Source: Verrucomicrobiota bacterium (GTDB lineage Bacteria > Verrucomicrobiota > Kiritimatiellia > RFP12 > UBA1067). Taken from it: a stretch of 64,000 nucleotides of DNA. The translations under genes and the position numbers were made by a program. Shown in pieces: positions 19,501-28,167 of the stretch. Location: NCBI GenBank assembly GCA_023269675.1, contig JAHFSX010000008.1:85999-149998 (forward strand). Reading direction: 5' to 3'. The notes under the pieces were generated by a model. That model was not told the DNA's origin, did not search any database, and was given only the letters and a program-made list of their open reading frames with translations. Numbering within the stretch: the stretch's first letter is position 1; every line of letters starts with the position of its first letter.

Positions 19501-20493
19501 CAACACCTCGCCGGACCTGTCCACGCACACGGTCCGCGCCTTGCGGTCCACCTTGCGGCAGGCCAGCAGGTCATCCGCAGCCCTGATCGCCCCGGAGTTC
19601 GCGTCCGCCGGAAACTGGAAGAGCGGTCCGCTCGGCAACCGCGCGTCGAAATATTCGAGCCTCTTCAGAAACGCGCGCTTGAAGGCGTCCAGCGCATCCG
19701 CAGATTGCCCGTCCGCCAGCCGCCGCTTGGCCGCGGCGAGTTCGGGACGCGCGAGATCGATGCCCGAGAAGAAGCGCGGCGCGAAGGACGCCAGCTCTTC
19801 GGGCGCGTTGCGCCGCGCGAATTCGGCGACGCGTGCGGCACGCTCCGCGTCGGCGGGTGTGGAGACCGCTTTGACTCCCAGATACCCGGTCAGAAACTCG
19901 CCCAGGCTGAACCACCCGCGCGTCCCGGCCGCGACCGCGCGCCCCGCGAGCGGCCCCTCGCCCGGCACGGGCCCGACCGACATCACACCCTTGGCCGCCT
20001 GGTATTCCGGCGTGAAGAGCGTCACCAGCCGCGAGAAAACCACCTTCCGGTCCTTGTCCAGCACGCTCACCACGCGCCAGCCCTCAGGATCATTGAACCA
20101 GACCTTGATCTGCGGATTGTCCCAGCGCGAAACGTGGAAGACCACCTGATCGACCGGCACCGTGCCGCCCAGATCGGCCTCCATGCCCGCAAAGCTCGTC
20201 TCAGGGTCGGGCGACCGGACCGTGCCGCGCTGCGCCGGGTCGGTGTTGCCGTCCACGAGCTTCCGCCGCATATCCAGGCGCTCGTCTGCCCCGTACCACC
20301 CCCACCCGTCGCCGGAGCTCAGCCTCTCGGGGTGTCCGCGCAACAGGTTCTGCCCCGCCGAGAAGACCTCCACCTCGGCGTTCTCCATCGCGGGGGCGAG
20401 GCTGTCGATGCGCACATAGCGTCCCTCGACCGCCCCGCGGGCGGAAAGCAGGGCAGCGGCGATGAACGTTCCAGTAACAAGGCTTTTTATCAT
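16579..20493 (-). CDS. Large secreted multidomain protein: N-terminal discoidin (F5/8 type C) domain, heparinase II/III-like polysaccharide-lyase-like core, C-terminal PA14-like domain
   Basis: 1304-aa ORF; signal MIKSLVTGTFIAAALLSARGAVEG; N-terminus RYVRIDSLAPAMENAEVEVFSAG; C-terminus FAVRYSGYLEVPSAGVYTFH (PA14-like); domain assignment is from sequence features only. Confidence 0.7.
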   Translation of the reverse strand: MIKSLVTGTFIAAALLSARGAVEGRYVRIDSLAPAMENAEVEVFSAGQNLLRGHPERLSSGDGWGWYGADERLDMRRKLVDGNTDPAQRGTVRSPDPETSFAGMEADLGGTVPVDQVVFHVSRWDNPQIKVWFNDPEGWRVVSVLDKDRKVVFSRLVTLFTPEYQAAKGVMSVGPVPGEGPLAGRAVAAGTRGWFSLGEFLTGYLGVKAVSTPADAERAARVAEFARRNAPEELASFAPRFFSGIDLARPELAAAKRRLADGQSADALDAFKRAFLKRLEYFDARLPSGPLFQFPADANSGAIRAADDLLACRKVDRKARTVCVDRSGEVLDFSPSVIPWGEPHPRCLLLAYVATGERKYLDRWADLLDERSLFFQRWADGGDRRDYFPLSQLGGFVGTLRDLREAQKLRPAFAAELPAATLARYLDLWTEEALPTYWRLARKTVFNHQFNIWGSAYTLSRVLSDFYAGQRLEQEMIQHFERLWTLAMTRDGSMIEVADFGHVPCPLGTPAYRYFQMQRDKPAWFTPELESWFLQGYRTAARYPVRFIAPNGVEHRSGQDSDTACFEQAYQLLLRQPGEKYPKPFLSDYTEAPGCDELAGVILREPEVRAVIDTVYGRGRTYDALPKRLQGCYSVVTNRLPGSYQGAPKMVSDYMPYAGIHYLRRDWSPDASFIEMVCQPPGGSANDRYMDTLSDTWYGNDFWDTQYHYWDFGEPLLLSRPLLIDGQNQCQSFETKGWKPGSKTERLVEAPEKPLPNRFHCSARYDYQECFFTGAYQNWNIEMSKGEHPRKQLVITDTAVTNVHTTRQVIQLREQRLFVVVDRVRFSDGAPHRVSARYLLLPVDKDARAETEAAKGEIRLVRPAGAQLTLRQFGVRGLAYETLKPIKGRTVLQASWTAQGETVLVTLLEPRRDPSAPATLAEVRGVTTARETGFDAVTRDGGKIAFRVPLLRGGPAQEPDAEQAVLAVQSREKSWSGLALGSDTVDLEGTTVKLAGPDCAFELARGMAEPKLTQVWRPIDPPGVLPETEVFSATLEVSVVSKTPGVELRYTLDGSEPTAGSARYTAPFMIGKSCMVQARAFRPGATEIPFATDGTRVSDVSFARFRKEPVRPAVKVDDVRPGLAYEYLEGSWLRLFGAADRLPAKSSGTVERLLDVGMRQTDGPFAVRYSGYLEVPSAGVYTFHAPEEYVVNGCEPGYDLRVFVDGGEWRLGQLWHGRGCWSIPLAKGLHRFQVVFSDARARDIERQRIDYWWGYPSPWVVWRGIAPVLELSGPGLARQPVPAAWLRSPPVARDGSPNRPPTPQ

Positions 20494-20625
20494 ACCGTGG
20501 ATGTCACATGACTAATTCATGCTGACAAACTTACTTGACCCGCAAGCGGATTGCAATGGCAAAGCGAAGAAATGCAGAAACTCTTTGCACTGTTCCGGCT
20601 TCGCCTGTTTGTGGTATAAAACCGC

Positions 20626-21603
20626 ATGCCTGATTCCGCCACGCCGCTGCTCGAAATTCACGGGCTCAAGACCTGGTACCCGATCAAAAAAGGTGTTCTC
20701 GCCCGCACCGTCGGCTTCGTGCGCGCGGTGGACGGCGTGGACCTGACCTTGAACCGCGGCGAGACCCTCGGCATCGTGGGCGAATCGGGCTGCGGCAAGT
20801 CGACCCTCGCCCGCACGATCCTGCGCCTTGAGAAGGCCCGCGAGGGGACGGTCACGCTCGGCGGCCGGAACGTCCTGGCCCTGCGCGGGGCGGGCCTGCG
20901 CGCCTTCAGGCGGAAGGTGCAGGTGGTCTTCCAGGACCCCCACGCCTCGCTCAACCCGCGCCACACCGTGCTCGACCTGCTCACCGAAGCCATGCTCGTC
21001 CACGGCCTCGTCACGCGCGAGGGCCGCCGCGATGCGGCCGTGCGCCTGCTGTCCGACGTGGGCCTGCCGCCCGACGTGCTCGACCGCTATCCCCACGCCT
21101 TTTCGGGCGGCCAGCGCCAGCGCATCTGCATCGCCCGCGCCCTGGCCCTCGGGCCGGAGCTGCTCATCTGTGACGAGGCCGTCAGCGCGCTGGACCTCTC
21201 GGTGCGCGCGCAGGTGCTGAACCTGCTGCAGGACCTCAAGGCGAAGCACGGGCTCTCCTACCTCTTCATCACCCACGACATCGGCGTGGTGCAGCACATC
21301 TCCGACCGCATCGCCGTCATGTACCTCGGAAAGATCGTCGAGACCGGCCCGACCGACGACGTGCTGGGCAAACCCGCCCACCCCTACACGCGCCTGCTGA
21401 TGCGGGCGGTGCCCCGCATCGGCACCCCCCTGCCGGAAAACGATGCCGCGGCCGCGGAAGCGACCCCCGCCCCCGATCCCGCCGGGTGCGCCTTTGCCCC
21501 GCGCTGCCCGCTGGCCGACGCGGCCTGCAGGCGCGCGTCACCCGCGCTCGAAGCGCACGGCGCAGGCGCCGCGCGGCGCTGCGCCTGCTTCAAGGCCGGC
21601 TAG
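20626..21603 (+). CDS. ABC transporter ATP-binding protein, oligopeptide/dipeptide (OppF/DppF) type; no cognate permease or binding-protein genes nearby
   Basis: Walker A GESGCGKST, signature LSGGQRQRICIARAL, Walker B LLICDEAVSALD, plus Opp/Dpp C-terminal extension (GKPAHPYTRLLM). Confidence 0.9.
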   Translation: MPDSATPLLEIHGLKTWYPIKKGVLARTVGFVRAVDGVDLTLNRGETLGIVGESGCGKSTLARTILRLEKAREGTVTLGGRNVLALRGAGLRAFRRKVQVVFQDPHASLNPRHTVLDLLTEAMLVHGLVTREGRRDAAVRLLSDVGLPPDVLDRYPHAFSGGQRQRICIARALALGPELLICDEAVSALDLSVRAQVLNLLQDLKAKHGLSYLFITHDIGVVQHISDRIAVMYLGKIVETGPTDDVLGKPAHPYTRLLMRAVPRIGTPLPENDAAAAEATPAPDPAGCAFAPRCPLADAACRRASPALEAHGAGAARRCACFKAG

Positions 21604-21801
21604 AGCATTTCCACTTTTAGTGTGGCCACTTTGTGTAAGCGGTTAAAACCTGCCTCCCATTTGATTCATCTTACCACCAAGACTCGAAGAACACGGAGTC
21701 CACCAAGAATAAACTTTGTGTTCTTGGTGGACTTTGTGTCTTGGTGGTGAGATGTTTTCTGGACACAAAACGGCTACACCGTTAATTAAAATGCTCTAGC
21801 C
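21598..21801. repeat. 204-bp AT-rich nested palindromic element between convergent genes; candidate bidirectional terminator or MITE
   Basis: Perfect 13-bp terminal inverted repeats GGCTAGAGCATTT (21598-21610 vs 21789-21801), each containing the TAG stop of the flanking gene; inner IRs accaccaagac/gtcttggtggt (21673-21683 / 21738-21748) and gtccaccaagaa/ttcttggtggac (21698-21709 / 21721-21732, 11-nt loop). Confidence 0.6.
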
Positions 21802-23169
21802 CAGGTGCGAGAGCGCGGGCTTGCCGACCGCGTACACGTTGAATCCCAACGCGTGCAGCGCCGCATGATCCACGCAGTTGCGCCCGTCGAAGAGAAACGC
21901 AGGCTGCCGCATCCCGGCGTACACGCGCGCGTAGTCCAGCGTGCGGAAGCAGCTCCAGTCGGTCAGCACCGCCACGGCGTCCGCGTTCCGGGTCGCCTCG
22001 TAGGGATCGGCTTCGAAAAGGACGCGCCCCTCCAGATCCGCCAGGTCCTGCCGCGCATTCGGCAGCGCCTGCGGATCGCAGATCACCACCACAGCATGCT
22101 CCTCGACCAGCATCCGCGCCACGCGGATCGCGGGGCTTTCGCGCGTGTCCCCGGTGTCGGCCTTGAACGCGAAGCCCAGCACGGCGATGCGCTTGCCCGC
22201 CACCGTGTTGAACATGGCGTGCAGGATGTTCGCCACAAAACGGTCCTGCTGCCAGTCGTTCAAGGCCACGACCTGCCGCCAGTAATCCGCGGCCTCTTGC
22301 AGGTTGTAGGATTCGCAGAGGTAGACCAGGTTGAGGATGTCCTTCTTGAAGCAGGAGCCGCCGAACCCCACGCCCGCCTTGAGGAACTTCGGCCCGATGC
22401 GCGTGTCCATGCCCACCGCGTGCGCGACCTCCGTGATGTCCGCCTCGGTCGCCTCGCACAGCGCCGAAAGCGCGTTGACGGAGCTGACGCGCTGCGCGAG
22501 GAAGGCGTTCGCCGCCAGCTTGGAGAGCTCGCTCGACCAGACATTGGCGGTGAGAATTTTGGCGCGCGGCACCCAGTGCGCGTACAGGCCCACAACCGCC
22601 GCGAGCGCGGCCTGGCCCGTCGGCGTGGCGTCCGCGCCGATCAGCACGCGGTCGGGGCTCTCCAGGTCCGCGACCGCCGTGCCCTCCGCGAGGAACTCGG
22701 GGTTGGAGAGCACCTCGAAGTGGTGCGGCGTGCGTCCCGAGTGCAGGATGCGCGACATGGCCGCCGCGGTCCTCACCGGCAGCGTGCACTTCTCGATGAC
22801 GATCTTGTCACCCTTGGCGCAGTCGTGGATCAGCCGCGCCGTCTTCTCCCAATACTGCAGGTCGGCCGCGCACCCCGCCCCGTGCCCGAAGGTCTTGGTC
22901 GGCGTGTTGACCGCCACGAAGATGATGTCGTTGTCCTCGATCCCCTGCTGGATCTCGGTCGAAAAAAACAGGTTCCGGCCGCGGCACTGCCGCACGACCT
23001 CGTCGAGACCCGGCTCGTAAATCGGCAGGGTGTCGGAGTTCCAAGCCGCGATGCGCTGCGCGTTCACGTCGACGACCGTCACGCGGATCTCGGGGCACTT
23101 CAGGGCGAGCATGGCCATCGTGGGGCCGCCCACGTAGCCCGCGCCGATGCAGAGGATATGTTGATTCAT
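21796..23169 (-). CDS. ugd: UDP-glucose 6-dehydrogenase
   Basis: 457 aa; N-terminal Rossmann MNQHILCIGAGYVGGPT; conserved GFAFKADTGDTRESPA; full-length UGDH architecture. Confidence 0.9.
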   Translation of the reverse strand: MNQHILCIGAGYVGGPTMAMLALKCPEIRVTVVDVNAQRIAAWNSDTLPIYEPGLDEVVRQCRGRNLFFSTEIQQGIEDNDIIFVAVNTPTKTFGHGAGCAADLQYWEKTARLIHDCAKGDKIVIEKCTLPVRTAAAMSRILHSGRTPHHFEVLSNPEFLAEGTAVADLESPDRVLIGADATPTGQAALAAVVGLYAHWVPRAKILTANVWSSELSKLAANAFLAQRVSSVNALSALCEATEADITEVAHAVGMDTRIGPKFLKAGVGFGGSCFKKDILNLVYLCESYNLQEAADYWRQVVALNDWQQDRFVANILHAMFNTVAGKRIAVLGFAFKADTGDTRESPAIRVARMLVEEHAVVVICDPQALPNARQDLADLEGRVLFEADPYEATRNADAVAVLTDWSCFRTLDYARVYAGMRQPAFLFDGRNCVDHAALHALGFNVYAVGKPALSHLG

Positions 23170-23221
23170 AAGTTGAAAATAACACAGCGCCCGCTCACTG
23201 GCAAGCGCCGGCGGGCGGCTA

Positions 23222-23340
23222 TCTAATTATGGCCGATACCGCCTGAAGGCGGGACTACAAACGCTCCATAAACATGCGGTGTTCCGTTTGTAGTACCGGC
23301 TTTAGCCGGAGTCTTTGCATGCCTGACGGCCATAATTAGA
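23222..23340. repeat. REP-like intergenic element with 14-bp TIRs and internal hairpins
   Basis: TIRs TCTAATTATGGCCG (23222-23235) / rc at 23327-23340; hairpin ccgcctgaaggcgg (23239-23252); ctacaaacg/cgtttgtag IR; cgtttgtagtaccggctttagccgg matches the family core seen at 30867-31078 and 41811-41880. Confidence 0.55.
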
Positions 23341-23358
23341 ACTGCTCTCCCACGGAGG

Positions 23359-26300
23359 TCACGGCTGAATGCCGACGCCCACCTTGAAAAACCGCAGCGG
23401 ACCGAGCGCCTGCAGCGGCACCGGCGCGCCTGCGGGGAGGTTCGTTGCGGGTGTCGGAGGGAATACGTTCGCGAGGTTGCTCACGCCGAACACCGCGTAC
23501 GCGCGCGCCGGCACCGCGCCGGTCAAGTCCGGCGCCCACGAGAGGCAGGGTATCCCGCCCGACTGCACGAGCGTCGCCCTGAACACGGAGGCGGCGTTGG
23601 TCGGCGTTGTCCCGGCGACGTATTCCTGCCACGCGGCGACGCCGTCGCCGTCCGTGTCGCCCGCGTCGGCGGCCTCGTAGTTGCCGCCGCTCACCAGCCC
23701 GTACTGGTCGAGCCACGGCTCCGGTGTTCCGTGCGTCGTGGCCACGACCGTCCACTTCGCATACAGCGTATGGGCCTGTGCCGCCGTCACGGTCGTCGCG
23801 GCGCTCACCGCCGTGCCGGTCCCGCCCGCCCCGGTCCACCACCCGCCGAACGCGTACCCCGGCCGCGCCGGCGTCGGCAAGAGGCCATAAGCCAGCCCGT
23901 TCGTCACCGTCGCGCCCGTCGGGCTGACCGTCCCGCTCTGAGGATCGAAGGTCACGACGCAGGTCGCCGCCAGAGAGAATGCCGCGCTGGCAGCCCAAGA
24001 GGAATCCGTGCAGTTGCTCCCGACGAGCTTCACGCGCACGCCGTAATTGGTGCCGGGAGCGGCGGGCAGCGTCCAGGCATAGCTGGAGGTGTTGGTGGGC
24101 GTGGTCGCGACCGCCGTCCAGATGGCGTCCACGGTGATCGTGATGTCGTCCACCCACCAGCCGGAGTACGCGTACATAGAGTCGTCCACCTCGCGGAACC
24201 GGAGGGAGACCGTCTTGCCCGCGTAAGCCGTCAAGGGAATCCGGGTTTCCACGAACCCGCCGCTGGAGCCGGTGAACGCACGGCGGCCGGCGATGGCGCT
24301 GAAATCAGAAGGCGAAATCGTATCGTTGTAGCCGTTCTGGGTGGCGTTGGTGCCCAAGTCGATCCAGGTCGTGCCGTTGTTGGTGCTGATCTCCACGACG
24401 CCCCCGTCGTAACTGCCTTCCAAGTCGTACATATGCCGGAAGGCCAGGACCGCCCCGTTCGTAACTGACAGGGATGAACGGGTCAGTGACTGGTCCGCCG
24501 TGCCGGCATCGTTAGCCGCGAACCAGGCGTGCGTGGGACTGTAGCTGGCCGTGGTGGCGATGGCCCAGGCCGTACCGCCGGACTTGGTCGCGACCCACCC
24601 GTTCACGCCGCCCTCCACCGGGTCAGAGAAGGTGGTCCCTCCCCCGCTCAGCTGGGACGTGTACTCGATGCGGGCCGCGGCCTGGGCGGGCGCCCCGTTG
24701 CGGTTCCATTGGACCGGCAGAGTCGAACCCGACGCCAGAAGCTCGCTCCCGACCGGATAGACCAGCGTGGGATCAGGCAACGGGTACGCGACCAGGATCA
24801 GCTGGTTCGCAAAGCGGCTGTAGTAGACAGCCGCATGATTTCCGGCAGGGTAAAGTTCCATGGCCGCCTTAACGGTGGCGCTGGCCATGTCGCGCATCTT
24901 CACGCCGTATCCCACGCCAAAGAACGACTCGATGATGATCGTATCCATCTCGGTCCTTGGCCGTCCCTGACCGATCAGATCCCGGAAGGCCTGATAGAGA
25001 GGCGTGCCCCAGAGCTGATCCGAGTAATTGTCAATGCCGCCGATGGTTTCATGATCAAGATAGTACGTGTGACTGGTGTCGTAGGTGAGGTTCGTCTTGT
25101 CGAGGAAGCGCCCGTCCCACGAGTCGGCGCTGTGCCCGTCCCAGGAGAAAGCCCACGCCGGATGATAGGTGGACCCGTTGGTGCAGGTCCAGCTGTACGA
25201 CGCGCCCCAGTAGTCGCCGAATCCTTCGCCGATGGCGGCGGAATCGCCGCCGCCCCAGTAGGGAGCGATGTCGTGCGTGAGGGCATGGCCGTACTCGTGC
25301 AGGATCACATCGGCGTCCTCGTCGTCATCCACCCCTCCATGGCCGAAAGCGATATAGTTCAGATCCGGCACATACCAGGAGTTGTCCGCACCTCCGGCGC
25401 CGTCCGAATCGACGCCGATCGATGCCGCTTGGATGCCGGCCGCGTTGGTATAGCCGAGCGACTGGAGATAGCGCTGGTTCTGATCGATGTGGAAATAGCA
25501 CATCACGTCGTTGAAGGCATTGTTCCCGCGCTTGGCCGTCCAGTTGCCGGTCGTCGTGGTCGACACCGCCGTCAGCGGCGACTCCGCGGCCAGGTTGGTG
25601 ATGGTCACCCACGGCCCCTGCAGCGTGTAGACGCCGGCGTTCAGGGTGATCTGCCGCAGGGGTTTCGTGAAGTAGGCGGCGTCGAACGAAGCCGCGGCGC
25701 TGGTGTTGGTCAAGGCGTCGTTGGCGAGCGTCGTGCGCGGGTCCGGATCGAAGACCAGGGCGGTGCCGTCCACCGTGGTCTTGGCGGCCGCCGCGTCCGG
25801 CACCGGCACCGCAAGCGCGGCGGCATCCAGGCGGAGCATTTCCATCTGCAGGGAGGTGGTCGGGCCTTGATAGGCGGCGAAATCCGGGACATCCCCGGCC
25901 TTATGTTTTTCGTTGATCTCATGCCGCCGCACGGAGACCACGTCGCCCGACAGCGCGTCGATCGTGTGTTCCCAATATCCGGCCGGCCCGTCCACGCTGA
26001 CCAGCGTCTTGTAGACCAGCCTGAAGCCGGTCTTGTCGGGCACATAGAGCAGTTCGGCTTTGGGGCGGGCCGTGAGGCGGCCGTGCACCCGCAGGTGGTC
26101 CCAGGCCCTCTGCAGAGCCGCCTCCCGGCTGATCCGGTTCTTCGCGGCCGGGACCGGCGTCTCGACGGGATAGGTGTTGTTGTAGACCTGATAAACGGAG
26201 CCGTCCGCGCTGCGCTGGGAAACGACGATTTCAGCGCCCTCCACGGGCACGCCGTTCAGCACCTGCCGATACCGCGTATGCAGTCCGGCCAGACTGTGCC

Positions 26301-26610
26301 GGACGGCCACCCGCTCCAGATTGGACAGATCTGCGGGGATCCTGAAGCGCGCGCTCTGGGCCCGCAGATAGCCGTCGGCGGACTTCGCCCGGGAGGCCGC
26401 CGGTTCCGGAAAATCGAGCCGCGGCGTGCCGCGGGCGTCCTCATGGCGGGAGCCGGCCAGCTCGATCGGATCAGAAAAAACCGGCCCCGACAGCATCACC
26501 ACACCCGCAAAAACGGCCGCATAACCCTTCACCGCGCGCTGGCGCCTATCCCTGTCGGCCGTCCGCACGCTTTGCGAAGGCGTGAAATCTAGGCAGCTCT
26601 TCCGGTTCAT
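23359..26610 (-). CDS. Secreted HExxH zinc metalloprotease (M6/InhA-like) with C-terminal Listeria-Bacteroides-type repeat and Asp-rich calcium-binding motifs
   Basis: 1083 aa; zinc motif VILHEYGHALTHD; C-terminal VTFDPQSGTVSPTGATV...AFGGWWTG...TLYAKW repeat; GDTDGDGVAAWQEY; N-terminal propeptide-like region. Confidence 0.75.
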   Translation of the reverse strand: MNRKSCLDFTPSQSVRTADRDRRQRAVKGYAAVFAGVVMLSGPVFSDPIELAGSRHEDARGTPRLDFPEPAASRAKSADGYLRAQSARFRIPADLSNLERVAVRHSLAGLHTRYRQVLNGVPVEGAEIVVSQRSADGSVYQVYNNTYPVETPVPAAKNRISREAALQRAWDHLRVHGRLTARPKAELLYVPDKTGFRLVYKTLVSVDGPAGYWEHTIDALSGDVVSVRRHEINEKHKAGDVPDFAAYQGPTTSLQMEMLRLDAAALAVPVPDAAAAKTTVDGTALVFDPDPRTTLANDALTNTSAAASFDAAYFTKPLRQITLNAGVYTLQGPWVTITNLAAESPLTAVSTTTTGNWTAKRGNNAFNDVMCYFHIDQNQRYLQSLGYTNAAGIQAASIGVDSDGAGGADNSWYVPDLNYIAFGHGGVDDDEDADVILHEYGHALTHDIAPYWGGGDSAAIGEGFGDYWGASYSWTCTNGSTYHPAWAFSWDGHSADSWDGRFLDKTNLTYDTSHTYYLDHETIGGIDNYSDQLWGTPLYQAFRDLIGQGRPRTEMDTIIIESFFGVGYGVKMRDMASATVKAAMELYPAGNHAAVYYSRFANQLILVAYPLPDPTLVYPVGSELLASGSTLPVQWNRNGAPAQAAARIEYTSQLSGGGTTFSDPVEGGVNGWVATKSGGTAWAIATTASYSPTHAWFAANDAGTADQSLTRSSLSVTNGAVLAFRHMYDLEGSYDGGVVEISTNNGTTWIDLGTNATQNGYNDTISPSDFSAIAGRRAFTGSSGGFVETRIPLTAYAGKTVSLRFREVDDSMYAYSGWWVDDITITVDAIWTAVATTPTNTSSYAWTLPAAPGTNYGVRVKLVGSNCTDSSWAASAAFSLAATCVVTFDPQSGTVSPTGATVTNGLAYGLLPTPARPGYAFGGWWTGAGGTGTAVSAATTVTAAQAHTLYAKWTVVATTHGTPEPWLDQYGLVSGGNYEAADAGDTDGDGVAAWQEYVAGTTPTNAASVFRATLVQSGGIPCLSWAPDLTGAVPARAYAVFGVSNLANVFPPTPATNLPAGAPVPLQALGPLRFFKVGVGIQP

Positions 26611-26740
26611 CTGGGTTTCCTCTGCATGTCCGCGAACATCATAGGAGCTTCCAACCGCAAAATCAATGGCTTTAGGCTTGTCGCGGGCTCTTCAATTCCC
26701 CAAACCGTGCCTTTATTAGAACCACGCCCTACCATTCGCT

Positions 26741-26769
26741 TTTACACACGGGCATCTTCTGCTATATTT
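26741..26769 (+). promoter_or_regulatory. Sigma70-like promoter candidate for the fmdB-epmA pair
   Basis: TTTACA (26741-26746), 17-nt spacer, TATATT (26764-26769); ~45 bp upstream of the FmdB ATG at 26813, which is preceded by AAAGGAG RBS. Confidence 0.4.
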
Positions 26770-26812
26770 TCAATGCGGTTGAACGCAAAGCATCACATGC
26801 AAAGGAGTCTCC

Positions 26813-27064
26813 ATGCCGGTTTACGATTACGAGGCCGTCACCCCTGAAAAAAGCTGTCCCCAGTGCGCCAAGAGTTTCGAGACCGTGCAGTCGATTCATG
26901 ATGAGCGCCTGAAGGTCTGCCCCGCCTGTGGCGCGCCCATCCGGCGCGTCATCTCGGCCCCGGCCATCGGACGCTCGAAGTCCAAGCTCGACGACCGCGC
27001 CAAGGCCGCCGGATTCAAGAAGCTGAAGCGCATCGGCAAAGGCGAATACGAAAAGATGTATTAG
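26813..27064 (+). CDS. FmdB-family zinc-ribbon protein (putative regulatory)
   Basis: 83 aa beginning MPVYDYE with two CxxC pairs (CPQC...CPAC); characteristic FmdB/zinc-ribbon pattern. Confidence 0.85.
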   Translation: MPVYDYEAVTPEKSCPQCAKSFETVQSIHDERLKVCPACGAPIRRVISAPAIGRSKSKLDDRAKAAGFKKLKRIGKGEYEKMY

Positions 27065-27072
27065 ACTGGAAG

Positions 27073-27167
27073 CGTTACAGGTTACTTGTTACACGTTACC
27101 GGTTGAAAATCTTTGACCCTTTCTCAAACGTGCAGCCTGTAACGTGTAACCTCCGACGTGTAACCTG
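27073..27167. promoter_or_regulatory. Inverted + direct GTAAC-motif repeats between fmdB and epmA (candidate operator/attenuator)
   Basis: Perfect 12-bp IR gttacacgttac (27088-27099) / gtaacgtgtaac (27139-27150), 39-bp spacer; aggttac (27079-27085) vs gtaacct (27147-27153 and 27159-27165); tandem acgtgtaacct x2. Confidence 0.4.
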
Positions 27168-27186
27168 CAACCACCCACGTGCACCC

Positions 27187-28098
27187 ATGAACCTACCCAA
27201 TCTCGAAACCCGCAGCCGCGTTCTGCGCGCCGTGCGCGAGTTCTTTTACGCGCGCGGTTTCACGGAGGTGGAGACCCCGGTTCGCATCCCGGCTCCGGCT
27301 TTGGAAACGTTTATCGACGCGCCGCCCTCGGGCCGCGCGTGGCTGCGCGCCTCGCCCGAGCTGCACATGAAACGCCTGCTCGCGTCCGGCAGCACGCGCA
27401 TCTTCCAGCTCGGCCCCTGTTTCCGCAGCGGCGAGTGCGGCAGCCGCCACAATCCCGAGTTCACCCTGCTGGAGTGGTACCGCACCGAGGCCGACTACAC
27501 CGAGATCCTGCGCGACACCGAGGCGCTCTGCGCCCACGTCTTCCAGTCCGTCACGGGCCGGACGACCTTCACCTACCGCGGCGCCGCCATCGACCTGGCC
27601 CGCCCCTGGCACTGCCTCACCGTGCGGCAGGCGTTCCTGAAGTGGGCCGGCTGGGACCCGGTCGCCGACTGGGACGCCGACCGCTTCGACCTGGACATGC
27701 TGGCGAAGGTCGAACCCGCCCTGCCCCAGGACAGGCCCTGCGTGCTGACCGACTACCCCGCGCCCGCCGCCTCCCTCGCCCGGCTGAAGCCGCACGACCC
27801 GCGCGTCGCGGAGCGCTGGGAGGTTTATGTCGGCGGACTCGAGCTCGCCAACGCCTACAGCGAACTCTGCGACCCGACGGCCCAGCGCGCGCGCTTCCTG
27901 GAGGCGGCCGAAGAGCGCCGCCGCCTCGGCAAGGAGGTCTACCCGCTGGACGAGCCGTTTCTCGCCGCGCTCGAAAAAGGGATGCCGCCGTGCGGCGGGA
28001 TCGCGCTCGGCATCGACCGCCTCGTCATGCTCGTTTGCGACGCCACCGACATCGCCGAGGTGCGCCCCTTCTGCCAGCGCCCCGGCGCATTGCTCTGA
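27187..28098 (+). CDS. epmA: EF-P lysine aminoacylase (class II LysRS paralog, EpmA/PoxA/GenX)
   Basis: ORF 27103..28098; start placed at MNLPNLETRSRVLRAVREFF; class II aaRS core motifs (FRSGECGSRHNPEFTLLEWY; GGIALGIDRLVML); ~300 aa with no anticodon-binding domain. Confidence 0.85.
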   Translation: MNLPNLETRSRVLRAVREFFYARGFTEVETPVRIPAPALETFIDAPPSGRAWLRASPELHMKRLLASGSTRIFQLGPCFRSGECGSRHNPEFTLLEWYRTEADYTEILRDTEALCAHVFQSVTGRTTFTYRGAAIDLARPWHCLTVRQAFLKWAGWDPVADWDADRFDLDMLAKVEPALPQDRPCVLTDYPAPAASLARLKPHDPRVAERWEVYVGGLELANAYSELCDPTAQRARFLEAAEERRRLGKEVYPLDEPFLAALEKGMPPCGGIALGIDRLVMLVCDATDIAEVRPFCQRPGALL

Positions 28099-28167
28099 AC
28101 CCGGCCCGTGCCGCGGGCCGCGAGGCCACGCCCGCACAGCCGCCTCCACCCATCGAAAGGTGTCCCG

